Source: a virus
Virus record (IMG/VR): IMGVR_UViG_3300018868_001080
Strand: one strand, 5' to 3'
Length of the DNA: 64,000 bases
Shown piece after piece: positions 1 through 9,092 of this stretch (the first letter of the stretch is position 1; the number at the start of each line of letters is the position of its first letter). Under the pieces are notes generated by a model. The model saw nothing but the letters and a program-made list of their open reading frames with translations. It did no database searches and was not told the DNA's origin. Position numbers and translations under genes: made by a program.

Positions 1-235
1 TTAGCTCAGAAGGTGACAACACCTTTACACCTGTTTTGCCTTTGCGTAAATTATCCAGCTTGGCAAACGATCCCATGTCTGGTTGATGCATGTCAGGTAC
101 AAATTCTCTGTGCTTGCGGTTTATGCCCGATCGACCTATTGCATGATGGTGTCGTTTCTTTGTGCCTATCTTCATGCCCACAATCTTGTCCACGTTCTTT
201 TTATTTGACTTGGCAAAGTAGTCCTTGAAGGTCAT
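1..235 (-). CDS. Hypothetical basic protein, probably head-associated (runs off the left edge; not in ORF track)
   Basis: ATG at 235 on minus strand, 5 nt after TAAATA (241-246 minus). Manual translation MTFKDYFAKSNKKNVDKIVGMKIGTKKRHHHAIGRSG... is open to base 1. An M-x-F-K-D/E-Y/F N-terminus is typical of T4-like head/internal proteins. Confidence 0.65.
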   Translation of the reverse strand, partial: MTFKDYFAKSNKKNVDKIVGMKIGTKKRHHHAIGRSGINRKHREFVPDMHQPDMGSFAKLDNLRKGKTGVKVLSPSEL

Positions 236-249
236 AAAGGTATTTAAGC

Positions 250-277
250 AAAAAAAACCCCTCTTTGGGAGGGGTTT
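250..277 (-). terminator. Rho-independent terminator downstream of the 300..1211 gene
   Basis: Stem AAACCCCTC (255-263)/GAGGGGTTT (269-277), 5-nt loop, followed on the minus strand by a T8 run (A run 250-257). Confidence 0.8.
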
Positions 278-299
278 AAAAACTTTTTTTTAATCTATT

Positions 300-1211
300 T
301 TAGAGGTTAAATGCTGACTTACCGGCGACAATCTTGGAGCTAACTACGTTTGCTTTGCCCTTGACTGAGGTAGGAGCGCCACCGCTAACACCACCACCCA
401 CTAGGGCATGGCCTTTTTCACCATCTGCGCCAACCTTATCAGTGTACTTACCGTCGCCACCTTTACCAGCCTTCTTACCAGCTGTTGATACTTCACTTGG
501 AACGACATTGGAACCTGACGAAACTTTGTTCAATCCTTTGTTGAGCTTCTCTGCATCAACCACTGCATGGCCGACTTCTTCTGCATCTACTGCTTCACCA
601 GCAACTTCACGTGCTTCTTCTTGTTGCTCGTGTCCCATTTCAGAATTCTCTTCACCTGCACCCTCTTCATCAGTGACATCTTCATCAGCAGGGCACTTCT
701 CGTGAGCCAGTTGCAGAAGCTCCAATGCCTTGGCAATGAGCTCTTTGGAGTTCATCTCAGCTTCAGACTTTGCACCTTCATCACCAGTGTCGATGTCCAG
801 CTGCTGTGCATCCAGAGCCTCCATGTCCTGGGGCTGGCCTTCGCCACCCATCACATCTTCGTAAAGTTTGTCAAAAATAGATTTATTGTTCATGAAATTA
901 TTTATATTCTCTTTCACCTTTTTTTTCACATTATTTGAAAATTTCTCTGGTTCGTAGTGATTATCTTCACCTTTGTTGGTCTTAGGATCCACAATGTTCT
1001 TGTTGAACCCATCAGCATTCTCTGGGCCTGAGTCTTTATGAAAGTAAGGTTGTGCAGGCTGACCATCATCTTGCAGAGGCTCTGTTATTTTAACAGAAGG
1101 AATTGCATGCAGTGGTTTGCCAGGCTTGGTGCCAAATTTGGCTTTTGGGTCAGCCAGCTTGGTTGCTTCATAGAGAGCTGATAAATCTAATAGGTCGCGA
1201 ACTTTATTCAT
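300..1211 (-). CDS. Acidic/Gly-Lys-rich hypothetical protein, probable prohead core/scaffold-type virion protein
   Basis: ORF track 300..1232. Start moved to ATG 1211 (MNKVRDLL) because TAAATA lies 5 nt upstream and this removes the overlap with TerL. Glu/Asp-rich middle and an internal FDKLYE motif. Confidence 0.6.
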   Translation of the reverse strand: MNKVRDLLDLSALYEATKLADPKAKFGTKPGKPLHAIPSVKITEPLQDDGQPAQPYFHKDSGPENADGFNKNIVDPKTNKGEDNHYEPEKFSNNVKKKVKENINNFMNNKSIFDKLYEDVMGGEGQPQDMEALDAQQLDIDTGDEGAKSEAEMNSKELIAKALELLQLAHEKCPADEDVTDEEGAGEENSEMGHEQQEEAREVAGEAVDAEEVGHAVVDAEKLNKGLNKVSSGSNVVPSEVSTAGKKAGKGGDGKYTDKVGADGEKGHALVGGGVSGGAPTSVKGKANVVSSKIVAGKSAFNL

Positions 1212-1226
1212 ATAAGTATTTATGGT

Positions 1227-2930
1227 ATGCACAGCAAAGAAAACAAATTTTATTTAGGCAATAAGAACTTACCCACACCTGAAACAAAATTTGAGTGGAC
1301 GCCAGTCATGTTGGCTGAGCTCAAGAAATGTAGCAAAAATATATTACACTTTGCTGAAAACTATTTTTACATTGTGAATCTGGACAGAGGCAAAGAGAAG
1401 ATAAAACTACACAATTATCAAAGAAGAATTTTAAGATCCTTGCGTGACAACAGATTTGTTTGCTTCCTATCATCCAGACAAAGCGGCAAAACCACATTGA
1501 TGACCATATATGCACTGTGGATATCATGTTTCTTTGATGACCAACGCATTCTTCTTGTGGCAAACAAGGAGCAAACTGCAATCAACATTTTCAAACGTGT
1601 GCGAATGGCATATGAACAGCTTCCAAATTATTTGAAACCCGGTGCCATTGAGTATGGTAAAACATCCATGGTGCTTGGCAATGGCAGCAGCATTGGCATA
1701 TCCACAACATCCTCGGATGCAGGCAGAGGTGACAGTTGCAACGTGCTCATCTTGGATGAGTTGGCATTCATTGATGATGGCATGGTGCAAGATTTTTGGA
1801 AATCTGTGTACCCCATCATCTCTTCATCTAAGAAATCAAAAATATTTGTTGCCAGCACTCCTAATGGAACTGGCAACTTGTTTCACGAATTGTATTCTGG
1901 TGCTATAGAAGATTCAAATGGATGGAAAGCGGAAAGAGTAGATTGGTGGGAAGTGCCTGGTCGTGATGAAGAGTGGAAAGAGAAAACAATTCGTTCACTG
2001 GGCAACAGAGAATACTTTGATCAAGAGTTTGGTAATGTGTTCCTGCAATCAGGTGAAAGTTCTCTATCAGAAAAACTTTTCGAGGAACTAAAAGGTGGAT
2101 GCAAGGACCCAGAGTTTGTTTTTGAAAATGGCAAATACAGAGTGTGGGAAGAGCCTAATGAAAAAAATATTTACGTTGTTGGGGTGGATGTGGCTGAAGG
2201 TGTCAGCAACAATTACAGCGTGGTTCAAATACTGGATATTACAAATTTAAAAGAAATCAAGCAAGTGGCTGTGTATGGTGATAATAACATTACGCCTTTT
2301 AACTTTATCTCTAAACTTTTAGAAATTTTAAAACAATGGGGCTCACCACCGGTGTTAATTGAAAGGAACAATTGCGGTGCTCAAGTTGTGGATCAACTGA
2401 AATTAACACATCACTATGAAAACATTGTTTCTTACTCACCAAAAATTAACGGTCAAGAATATGCAAACCGGGTTGGTGTTGTGGCACACACAAATTCAAA
2501 ATACAAAGGTGTCACTAACATGCGCTACTGGGTGAATGAATTGAAGGTTGTGAAGCTCTTTGATAGAGACACAGTGCTGGAATTAAAAAACTTTGTGCGC
2601 TATCCCAATGGTACATGGGCTGCACGTCAAGGAGATCACAACGATGACAGGGTGATGTCTCTCATATGGGCTTTGATAATTCTTGAAAATGAAGTGTGTG
2701 AAAAATATTTTGACATCATAGAGTATGATACCAACCGCAAGCCACTGCTTTTGAAGCTGTTTGATTATGGCATAAGAAGCTTCATGAAACCATCAACTTA
2801 CCTAAATAATGAGAAGGGTTATGATGAAAACAGCAACAACATGCCCATCATTATCACAGGCAATAACAACGACCCATTTGAAATTGATGATCTCACATCA
2901 CAAGGCTGGAAGAGGCTAAATGTCAACTAA
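1227..2930 (+). CDS. terL: Terminase large subunit (T4 gp17-like)
   Basis: Walker A SRQSGKT, Walker B VLILDELAF, motif C ASTPNG, nuclease GVDVAEG and HNDDRVMS. Confidence 0.97.
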   Translation: MHSKENKFYLGNKNLPTPETKFEWTPVMLAELKKCSKNILHFAENYFYIVNLDRGKEKIKLHNYQRRILRSLRDNRFVCFLSSRQSGKTTLMTIYALWISCFFDDQRILLVANKEQTAINIFKRVRMAYEQLPNYLKPGAIEYGKTSMVLGNGSSIGISTTSSDAGRGDSCNVLILDELAFIDDGMVQDFWKSVYPIISSSKKSKIFVASTPNGTGNLFHELYSGAIEDSNGWKAERVDWWEVPGRDEEWKEKTIRSLGNREYFDQEFGNVFLQSGESSLSEKLFEELKGGCKDPEFVFENGKYRVWEEPNEKNIYVVGVDVAEGVSNNYSVVQILDITNLKEIKQVAVYGDNNITPFNFISKLLEILKQWGSPPVLIERNNCGAQVVDQLKLTHHYENIVSYSPKINGQEYANRVGVVAHTNSKYKGVTNMRYWVNELKVVKLFDRDTVLELKNFVRYPNGTWAARQGDHNDDRVMSLIWALIILENEVCEKYFDIIEYDTNRKPLLLKLFDYGIRSFMKPSTYLNNEKGYDENSNNMPIIITGNNNDPFEIDDLTSQGWKRLNVN

Positions 2931-3528
2931 CTACACACAGTCACCTTTCAATAAGCAACGCAAAGATAAATTTCTTTTTGTGATGTCTCTGCCTGAAGCC
3001 TTGAGAGATATCAACAAAAAAATTACTCGCTCCACTACAAACATTCAGTTCGATTCCATCTCTTTCTCAGTGTACGGCGTTGTGGTGCCAAGTGTATCCA
3101 TAAATGAAGTTGCTACCAGATATGCAGGGCAAACCTTGCATGTATCTTCAGAATCACGGCCACCCTACACAAATGTCACTGTTAATTTCACTATAGATAA
3201 CTATTTCAACAACTACTGGGCAATATACAGCTGGTTGGATTTAATTAACAATCAAAAATATAATGACCTGGATAACAGGGATTTGGTAGCTGGTACCACA
3301 TCAGAAGTGTACAAATCTATCTTTACTTTGTATGGTCTGGACGAGTATGACAACAGAGTTATTCAATTTGACTTCACAAAAGCATTTCCCACGTCTTTAG
3401 GAGAAATAAATTATAGCTATAGAGATGCAGCTCAAATAGACACTTCTTTTGATTTTGCTTTTGATCAACTCATAACAAAATTGATAACTCCCACTGAAAC
3501 ACAACCAACAACTACAACTAATTTATAA
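2920..3528 (+). CDS. Tail tube terminator/completion protein (T4 gp3/gp19-fold)
   Basis: Tube-family pattern (VVVPSVSI...LHV...VTVNFTID..FNNYWAIYSW...F..AFPTSLG.I.YS...F.F) directly upstream of the sheath gene. Confidence 0.7.
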   Translation: MSTNYTQSPFNKQRKDKFLFVMSLPEALRDINKKITRSTTNIQFDSISFSVYGVVVPSVSINEVATRYAGQTLHVSSESRPPYTNVTVNFTIDNYFNNYWAIYSWLDLINNQKYNDLDNRDLVAGTTSEVYKSIFTLYGLDEYDNRVIQFDFTKAFPTSLGEINYSYRDAAQIDTSFDFAFDQLITKLITPTETQPTTTTNL

Positions 3529-3555
3529 AAAGCAAAGAATTTTGTAACGAAAAGA

Positions 3556-3563
3556 TATAAATA
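3556..3563 (+). promoter_or_regulatory. T4-type late promoter TATAAATA
   Basis: Exact T4 gp55 late consensus 8 nt before the sheath ATG (3572). Confidence 0.75.
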
Positions 3564-3571
3564 ATTTCAGT

Positions 3572-5881
3572 ATGGCAAGAACAATCCAAAGTCCCGGTGT
3601 ACAAGTAAGCGAATTTGATTTTTCACTAAGAGCAGCAACCAACGATACAACCAATGTATTAGTTGCAGGATTTGCTGCACAAGGTCCCACATATGAACCC
3701 ATTATAGTTTCGACACTTTCCGAATTTGAAGCAATATACGGCACACCCACAAATGGTGCTGAAAGGTATTTCTATCACACTGCAAAAGCTGTACTGGCAA
3801 GCCCTGCCACAATTTATGCTAGCAGAATTGCATATGGCCCGGCTTTAGGTGATGGGTATGGATCCAAATACACTGCATTGGTTTATCCTGTGCGTGGCAA
3901 AGTTGCAGGCACTGGTGATATTCAGACAAATTTACAATTAATCAGTGGTGATGGAGACATGTATGTGTTGGGACGTCCCAACTTGGTTGAACTGTCAGAT
4001 GTTGATTACCAGAACATACAGAATGGCAGTGCATTCACATGGTCTGCAAATACTGACTCCAGCAACGGTGTCATTACTTCAGTTGGTAGCTTCGGTCAAG
4101 CAGGTGTAATCATTATCAACAAGCAGAAGTACACCACCAATACAAATTTTGAGGGGTATTATGTTGGCTTGATTGACAACACAACAGTTAACCCACAAGT
4201 AGATTACCGTGGCATCAATGATGCACTCACAGTCAGCTTGACTGGTACCAGATCTGGCGGATTAAATTCCACATACACACCGCTGCTACCATCTAGACTC
4301 AATTTTGCACTTAGCGCCACATTCACAGGCATTGATGGATCTGTGTCACAAGACATGGAGTTCACAACTTTCAACATTGGCACCACTGCATTCAGAGATT
4401 GCTTGAATGTTGGATTGTTCAAATTGAGACAAACCGTTTTCTCACCAACAGTGTTGCAACTAAGCAAATCACTGATGGAACCATATGTGGGTTCAATCAA
4501 TTATTACCGCCAACAGTTTCCTGAGAATGGTGGCGCAGCACAGAGCTTCTTTATTGGTGATGTGGATGACACGTCCACATCAATTGAAATACTGGTTAAC
4601 CCCTACGTTTCTAAAAGAGATTTAAGCACAAACAATTCTACCGCAGCTGGAAATCCTAAAGTAGCAATCCGCGTGTTGGGTAGTGGTCTTCGATATGATG
4701 CACAACTTGATCCAACATTCACAGGCATCACACCCCAGCAAGTTGATTCGTTTATCGCATCAGGGGATGGGATTGGCGATGCAGGTGCATTGTTCCCTCT
4801 TGGTTCTTACACACTGGATAATCCATACACAAAGAGTATTGGAAATGTGCCAGGCAAAGTTAATAAACTGTTACAAAAATTTGAGAATTATGATGTGTAC
4901 CCACTGACATTGACTGTTGAAGGCGGTCTTGGAACAATATATGCAAGTGCGTCCGCTAATAATGACATATTTGACGATTACAAATACATCACTGGTTACA
5001 ATGGTTTATCATCTTCAACTGGAATCACAGGTGATGCTAAAGGTTTGAGAGATTGCTATGCAAGTGTGTTTGAAGAATTCAGAGTGTTTGCACAGGATGT
5101 GCGCAAAGATCACATGTTCATCGCTGATGCACCGTTGCCCATCTTTATTCAAGGCAAAAATGTTAAGACAATTGAAAGACCGGATACCAACTTCACATCC
5201 AACATCTACTGGCCACTACGCAATGTGTATGACTCAGTTAATTCAAGCTATGTGTGCGTGTATGCCAATTGTGCCCGGGTGAACGACGCTGCATCAAGCG
5301 CACAAGTCTGGGTGCCTTTCTCAGGTTTTGCAGCAAACTTGATGGCAAGAACTGATACCAATTTCCAGCCATGGTTTGCACCAGCCGGGTTTAATCGTGG
5401 CAATGTTGCTGGAGCTGTTGACATTGCTCTGTACCCCAAGCAAAAGCAACGAGATCAATTATACAAGATTGGCATGAACCCAGTTGCATTCTTTCCTGCT
5501 GAGGGATTTGTTGTGTATGGACAGAAAACACTGCAACGGCAACCAAGTGCATTTGATCGCATCAATGTGCGCCGGTTGTTCATAAATCTTGAAACACTGG
5601 TACGCAACACTGTGAAGAGTTTCATATTTGAACCCAACACATTGTTCACACGCACACAAGTGATTAACACAATAACACCATTTTTTGAGAATGCTAAAAA
5701 TACTGCTGGTGTATATGACTACTTGATCATATGTGATGAAAAAAATAATACACCTTCTGTAATTGATGACAACACCATGGTTGTTGATATCTACCTCAAG
5801 CCTACCAGGACAGCAGAGTATATCCTTGTGAACTTCTTTGCAACAAAGACAAGCCAGGACTTTAACGAAATTATTGCATAA
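3572..5881 (+). CDS. Tail sheath protein (gp18-like)
   Basis: N-terminal SPGVQVSEFD. C-terminal PWFAPAGFNRG, NPVAFFP..G.VVYGQKT, SAFDRINVRRLF, FEPNT, KPTRTAEYI. Confidence 0.97.
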   Translation: MARTIQSPGVQVSEFDFSLRAATNDTTNVLVAGFAAQGPTYEPIIVSTLSEFEAIYGTPTNGAERYFYHTAKAVLASPATIYASRIAYGPALGDGYGSKYTALVYPVRGKVAGTGDIQTNLQLISGDGDMYVLGRPNLVELSDVDYQNIQNGSAFTWSANTDSSNGVITSVGSFGQAGVIIINKQKYTTNTNFEGYYVGLIDNTTVNPQVDYRGINDALTVSLTGTRSGGLNSTYTPLLPSRLNFALSATFTGIDGSVSQDMEFTTFNIGTTAFRDCLNVGLFKLRQTVFSPTVLQLSKSLMEPYVGSINYYRQQFPENGGAAQSFFIGDVDDTSTSIEILVNPYVSKRDLSTNNSTAAGNPKVAIRVLGSGLRYDAQLDPTFTGITPQQVDSFIASGDGIGDAGALFPLGSYTLDNPYTKSIGNVPGKVNKLLQKFENYDVYPLTLTVEGGLGTIYASASANNDIFDDYKYITGYNGLSSSTGITGDAKGLRDCYASVFEEFRVFAQDVRKDHMFIADAPLPIFIQGKNVKTIERPDTNFTSNIYWPLRNVYDSVNSSYVCVYANCARVNDAASSAQVWVPFSGFAANLMARTDTNFQPWFAPAGFNRGNVAGAVDIALYPKQKQRDQLYKIGMNPVAFFPAEGFVVYGQKTLQRQPSAFDRINVRRLFINLETLVRNTVKSFIFEPNTLFTRTQVINTITPFFENAKNTAGVYDYLIICDEKNNTPSVIDDNTMVVDIYLKPTRTAEYILVNFFATKTSQDFNEIIA

Positions 5882-5896
5882 CGAATAAATATTTTT

Positions 5897-6442
5897 ATGG
5901 CAGATGTAAATCAATTAATATCAGACTTCTACAGAGTAGCGCAAGAGAGAGATTTCGCGCGCGACTTTCAATTCAGAGTGCTTTCAATCAATGCTGGCGA
6001 TTCTGGTGTAACTTTTGATAATAATGATTTGGTGTATATTCGTACTGCAACATTACCTGAGAGAGCAATTACAAACAAACAAGTACCTTACATGGGTCTT
6101 AATTTTAACGTGCCAGGCAACGCTACATACCCAAACAGCGAAGCTTATCAAGTGGAGTTTTACGCAGATGCACAATCGCAACTCCGGCAGAAGTTTGAAG
6201 ATTGGTCCAGAAGCACATTTGATGATGCCAACAGCACAGGCAATTATTTCACACCAAAACAGAATTCTACAATTGACTTGGTTCAACTTGATTCCAAACT
6301 TGCAAAAGTGGCTCAATATCAATTGGTGGGTGTTTCAGTGCGTAATGTTGGTGCACTCACATACAACATTGCTGACGGAACAGGTGAAATCCTAAGATTC
6401 ACTGCCACACTAGCTTATCATTACTGGAAAAGAGTCTCGTAA
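5897..6442 (+). CDS. Tail tube protein (gp19-like)
   Basis: 181 aa directly after the sheath. TATLP...VPYMG..F.VPG, LRQKFEDW and F.ATLAYHYW are the gp19 pattern. Confidence 0.88.
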   Translation: MADVNQLISDFYRVAQERDFARDFQFRVLSINAGDSGVTFDNNDLVYIRTATLPERAITNKQVPYMGLNFNVPGNATYPNSEAYQVEFYADAQSQLRQKFEDWSRSTFDDANSTGNYFTPKQNSTIDLVQLDSKLAKVAQYQLVGVSVRNVGALTYNIADGTGEILRFTATLAYHYWKRVS

Positions 6443-6471
6443 TTCTCGCAACAGTTCATTAAATATTTTTA

Positions 6472-7398
6472 ATGAACAACCCCATAACAGACGCAGCGTC
6501 TGGCCTGGCTCAAAACGCACAAGGTTTAATTACAGGACAAAACCCACTATTTGCTCCACAAGTAACCAATTTATTTGGATTCAATATACCTGCAGTGCCT
6601 TTGATTGGTGTTCGCGATTACTTTCTCACACAAATGGAATCGTGGTCCACTTCCATTCCATTGCGCACACAATGGATTGTGTTGATTGACAGATACCCTG
6701 CAGCATTAAATTCTAGAATTATACAAGGCCTGGAAATTATTGGTGGTGACAAAAAGGGGTATGACATTGACCCTGCATTGACCATACTCAAGAGCTACCC
6801 CCTGCAAAGAATCATAGGTTGTTTGTTTGCGTCATCTGTTTCCATCCCACCTGAAACTCTGGATACTGATTTTGCTACTATTAAAAATAACAGAGGATTT
6901 CTTGGTGGTCCAGTAAGTTCTGAGCGTCAGAAATACGGTTCTTTCTTGCGCATAGGATTCAGAGAGACCAACACATCATTTGTGGATGTGGTAATCAGGC
7001 CTTGGGTCATACTGGCATCACACATGGGGTTTGCAGCTCGACCTGGCGACCTGGGTGGCAAGCGCGATTATTACAACGTCAAAACAGACATCACAATCAT
7101 GCAGTATGCACAAACCTATCAGAACATATCCATGGTGCCTAGAAAGGTTTGGCAGTTTTATAACTGTGTGCCAGTCACATTGGATGCAGAAGAAGCTGTG
7201 TATGATCCTAGTGGTGAGGTGCTCGATATTTTTCAAACAAGCTGGATATTTTCTCACTACACTGTGACACCCAACTTGTATTTCCCACTTGTCAACATAA
7301 TTAAGCGTATAGAACAAGGTCAGCTACCAGTTATCTCACCAGTGCAGAGCGGGTTCCAGGGCGGTTTTGGTAGTATTAACCCGTTCGGCTTGATATGA
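6472..7398 (+). CDS. Tube-fold baseplate/tail tube initiator (gp54-like)
   Basis: Tube-fold signatures (ASSVSIP, FRETNTSF.D..IRPW, WQFYNCVP); position after the tube gene. Confidence 0.55.
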   Translation: MNNPITDAASGLAQNAQGLITGQNPLFAPQVTNLFGFNIPAVPLIGVRDYFLTQMESWSTSIPLRTQWIVLIDRYPAALNSRIIQGLEIIGGDKKGYDIDPALTILKSYPLQRIIGCLFASSVSIPPETLDTDFATIKNNRGFLGGPVSSERQKYGSFLRIGFRETNTSFVDVVIRPWVILASHMGFAARPGDLGGKRDYYNVKTDITIMQYAQTYQNISMVPRKVWQFYNCVPVTLDAEEAVYDPSGEVLDIFQTSWIFSHYTVTPNLYFPLVNIIKRIEQGQLPVISPVQSGFQGGFGSINPFGLI

Positions 7399-8285
7399 TC
7401 AATAGATTTAAATTAAAATTATATGTTCCCAGCTTAGACGACAGAGTTTATTTTGATGAACTCAAGAATTTTTATCTGTTAAATATTCTCAAGTTTACAA
7501 CAAACAAAGATAGCAAAGGGCTTGCTGAATACTTTGAGTATGTTATCAGGGATCTAATACAAGACAAGTCTCTGTTTCATCAGTTAGATAGCTTTGATAA
7601 ATTTATTATATTATTACAATTCAAAGCAATTAATATAAACCCTGAATTAAAGTTTAAAATAAATGTCAAAGACGAGAGCAAGGTGCTGGCATATGATATT
7701 TTTCAAGAAATAAAAAATTTAACTGAAGCTAAGCTAGTCAAGGAGAAGGTACTCAAAATCGATCACAATTTTTCTGTACACTTGAGCATACCATTGAAAC
7801 TTTACATTGAAAATTTTGATGATGTTTTTCTTAATTGCATAAAATTTGTAAAAATAGATGATCAAAGCTTTAGCTTTGATGCGCTCACTGATGACGAACA
7901 AAACCAAATATTTGAAAGCATATCTGGTAGCTTCTTAAATCAAATCATGGAATTTTTAAATGAAAGCAAGAAGAGTTGCCAGAACGTTAATTTTCTTAAA
8001 GTTAATAACTACATTGAAGAGCTCAACAGCTTGAAGTTAGATTTTTTTAATAATTCCATGCTGGGTTTTCTTGAATTGATATACTCTGAAGATTTAAAAA
8101 ATTTATTTGAATTAATCTACGTTTTAATTAATAAGGTTAAGCTGGGCTTGACAGAATTCTACGACTTGGTACCATCCGAATCATTATTACTCTATGCACT
8201 CTATGCAAAAGATGTTAAAACACAGAACGAAGAGATGGAAAAATCAACCAAAAAATCTAGCATACCGTTGCAAACTTCGCCATAA
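7395..8285 (+). CDS. Baseplate hub assembly protein (gp26-like with gp51-like C-terminus)
   Basis: LYVPS start and IILLQFKAINI, with a C-terminal 'EFYDLVPSE..LY...Y.K....NEE' like gp51. Confidence 0.5.
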   Translation: MINRFKLKLYVPSLDDRVYFDELKNFYLLNILKFTTNKDSKGLAEYFEYVIRDLIQDKSLFHQLDSFDKFIILLQFKAININPELKFKINVKDESKVLAYDIFQEIKNLTEAKLVKEKVLKIDHNFSVHLSIPLKLYIENFDDVFLNCIKFVKIDDQSFSFDALTDDEQNQIFESISGSFLNQIMEFLNESKKSCQNVNFLKVNNYIEELNSLKLDFFNNSMLGFLELIYSEDLKNLFELIYVLINKVKLGLTEFYDLVPSESLLLYALYAKDVKTQNEEMEKSTKKSSIPLQTSP

Positions 8286-8301
8286 CCTTTAAATAGTTGT
8301 A

Positions 8302-9078
8302 ATGAGCTCAGATATCCTGCTGCAAAAGCTTAAAGAAATAAGCAACAAAAGCATAGATGTTTATATACCTTCTTTAGATAGGGACATACCTTTCAAGTCC
8401 CTTAACATCAAACAACAAAAAGAAATCATAAAGGCTTCTTTTGATAAGAACATACCAGGTATTTCTTTCAACAACATTTTAAATAGCATAATCAAAGAGA
8501 ATTGTCAAGAGCAGCACATGGAATTGCTTGTTACAGACAGACCATCCATTGCCATTGCATTGCGTAAAAACATTTTTGGAACCAAGATTAAGAATGCAGT
8601 TAAAACTGAAACACTGGATGAAGAGAGTGTTGAGTTTGATCTTGAACAAGTAATCCAAACAAAAGCCAAGCTTGACATCACCACACTAAGAACAGTTAAA
8701 TCGGATGTGCTTGAAGTGCAATTAAAAATACCCACACTTGCTACTGACAGCCGGGTCAACAAAGAAAGCCAAAAAGTGTTGTCACACCTGGTTGAGCAAA
8801 ACAATACCATCAAAGATCTCATCAGTGAATTGTTTGTGTATGAGCTTGTGAAATTCATTGATTATGTGGAAGTGCTTGACGTAGGCAAGGTGATTTTTGC
8901 AGAAATTAATGTGGCAGATCAAATTAATATTGTGGAAAGCCTGACTGCAGAGGTGAACAAGAATATAATGGAATACATTGAACAAATAAGAGCTTTTGAA
9001 AAGAAATACCTCTCTTTCACCAAGAATAACAAAGAATACAATATCAATTTAGACGCATCATTCTTTAGTAACGAATAA
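8302..9078 (+). CDS. Baseplate hub assembly protein (gp26-like)
   Basis: VYIPS...IPFK.LNIKQQKEI, D...I.IALR..., ending L..SFF; typical gp26 layout. Confidence 0.6.
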   Translation: MSSDILLQKLKEISNKSIDVYIPSLDRDIPFKSLNIKQQKEIIKASFDKNIPGISFNNILNSIIKENCQEQHMELLVTDRPSIAIALRKNIFGTKIKNAVKTETLDEESVEFDLEQVIQTKAKLDITTLRTVKSDVLEVQLKIPTLATDSRVNKESQKVLSHLVEQNNTIKDLISELFVYELVKFIDYVEVLDVGKVIFAEINVADQINIVESLTAEVNKNIMEYIEQIRAFEKKYLSFTKNNKEYNINLDASFFSNE

Positions 9079-9092
9079 GTATTGTTATACTT

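Noticed and set aside
13-938. Plus-strand ORFs 13..228, 334..705, 567..938
   Set aside because: They are antisense to better-supported minus-strand genes that have TAAATA boxes and a terminator.
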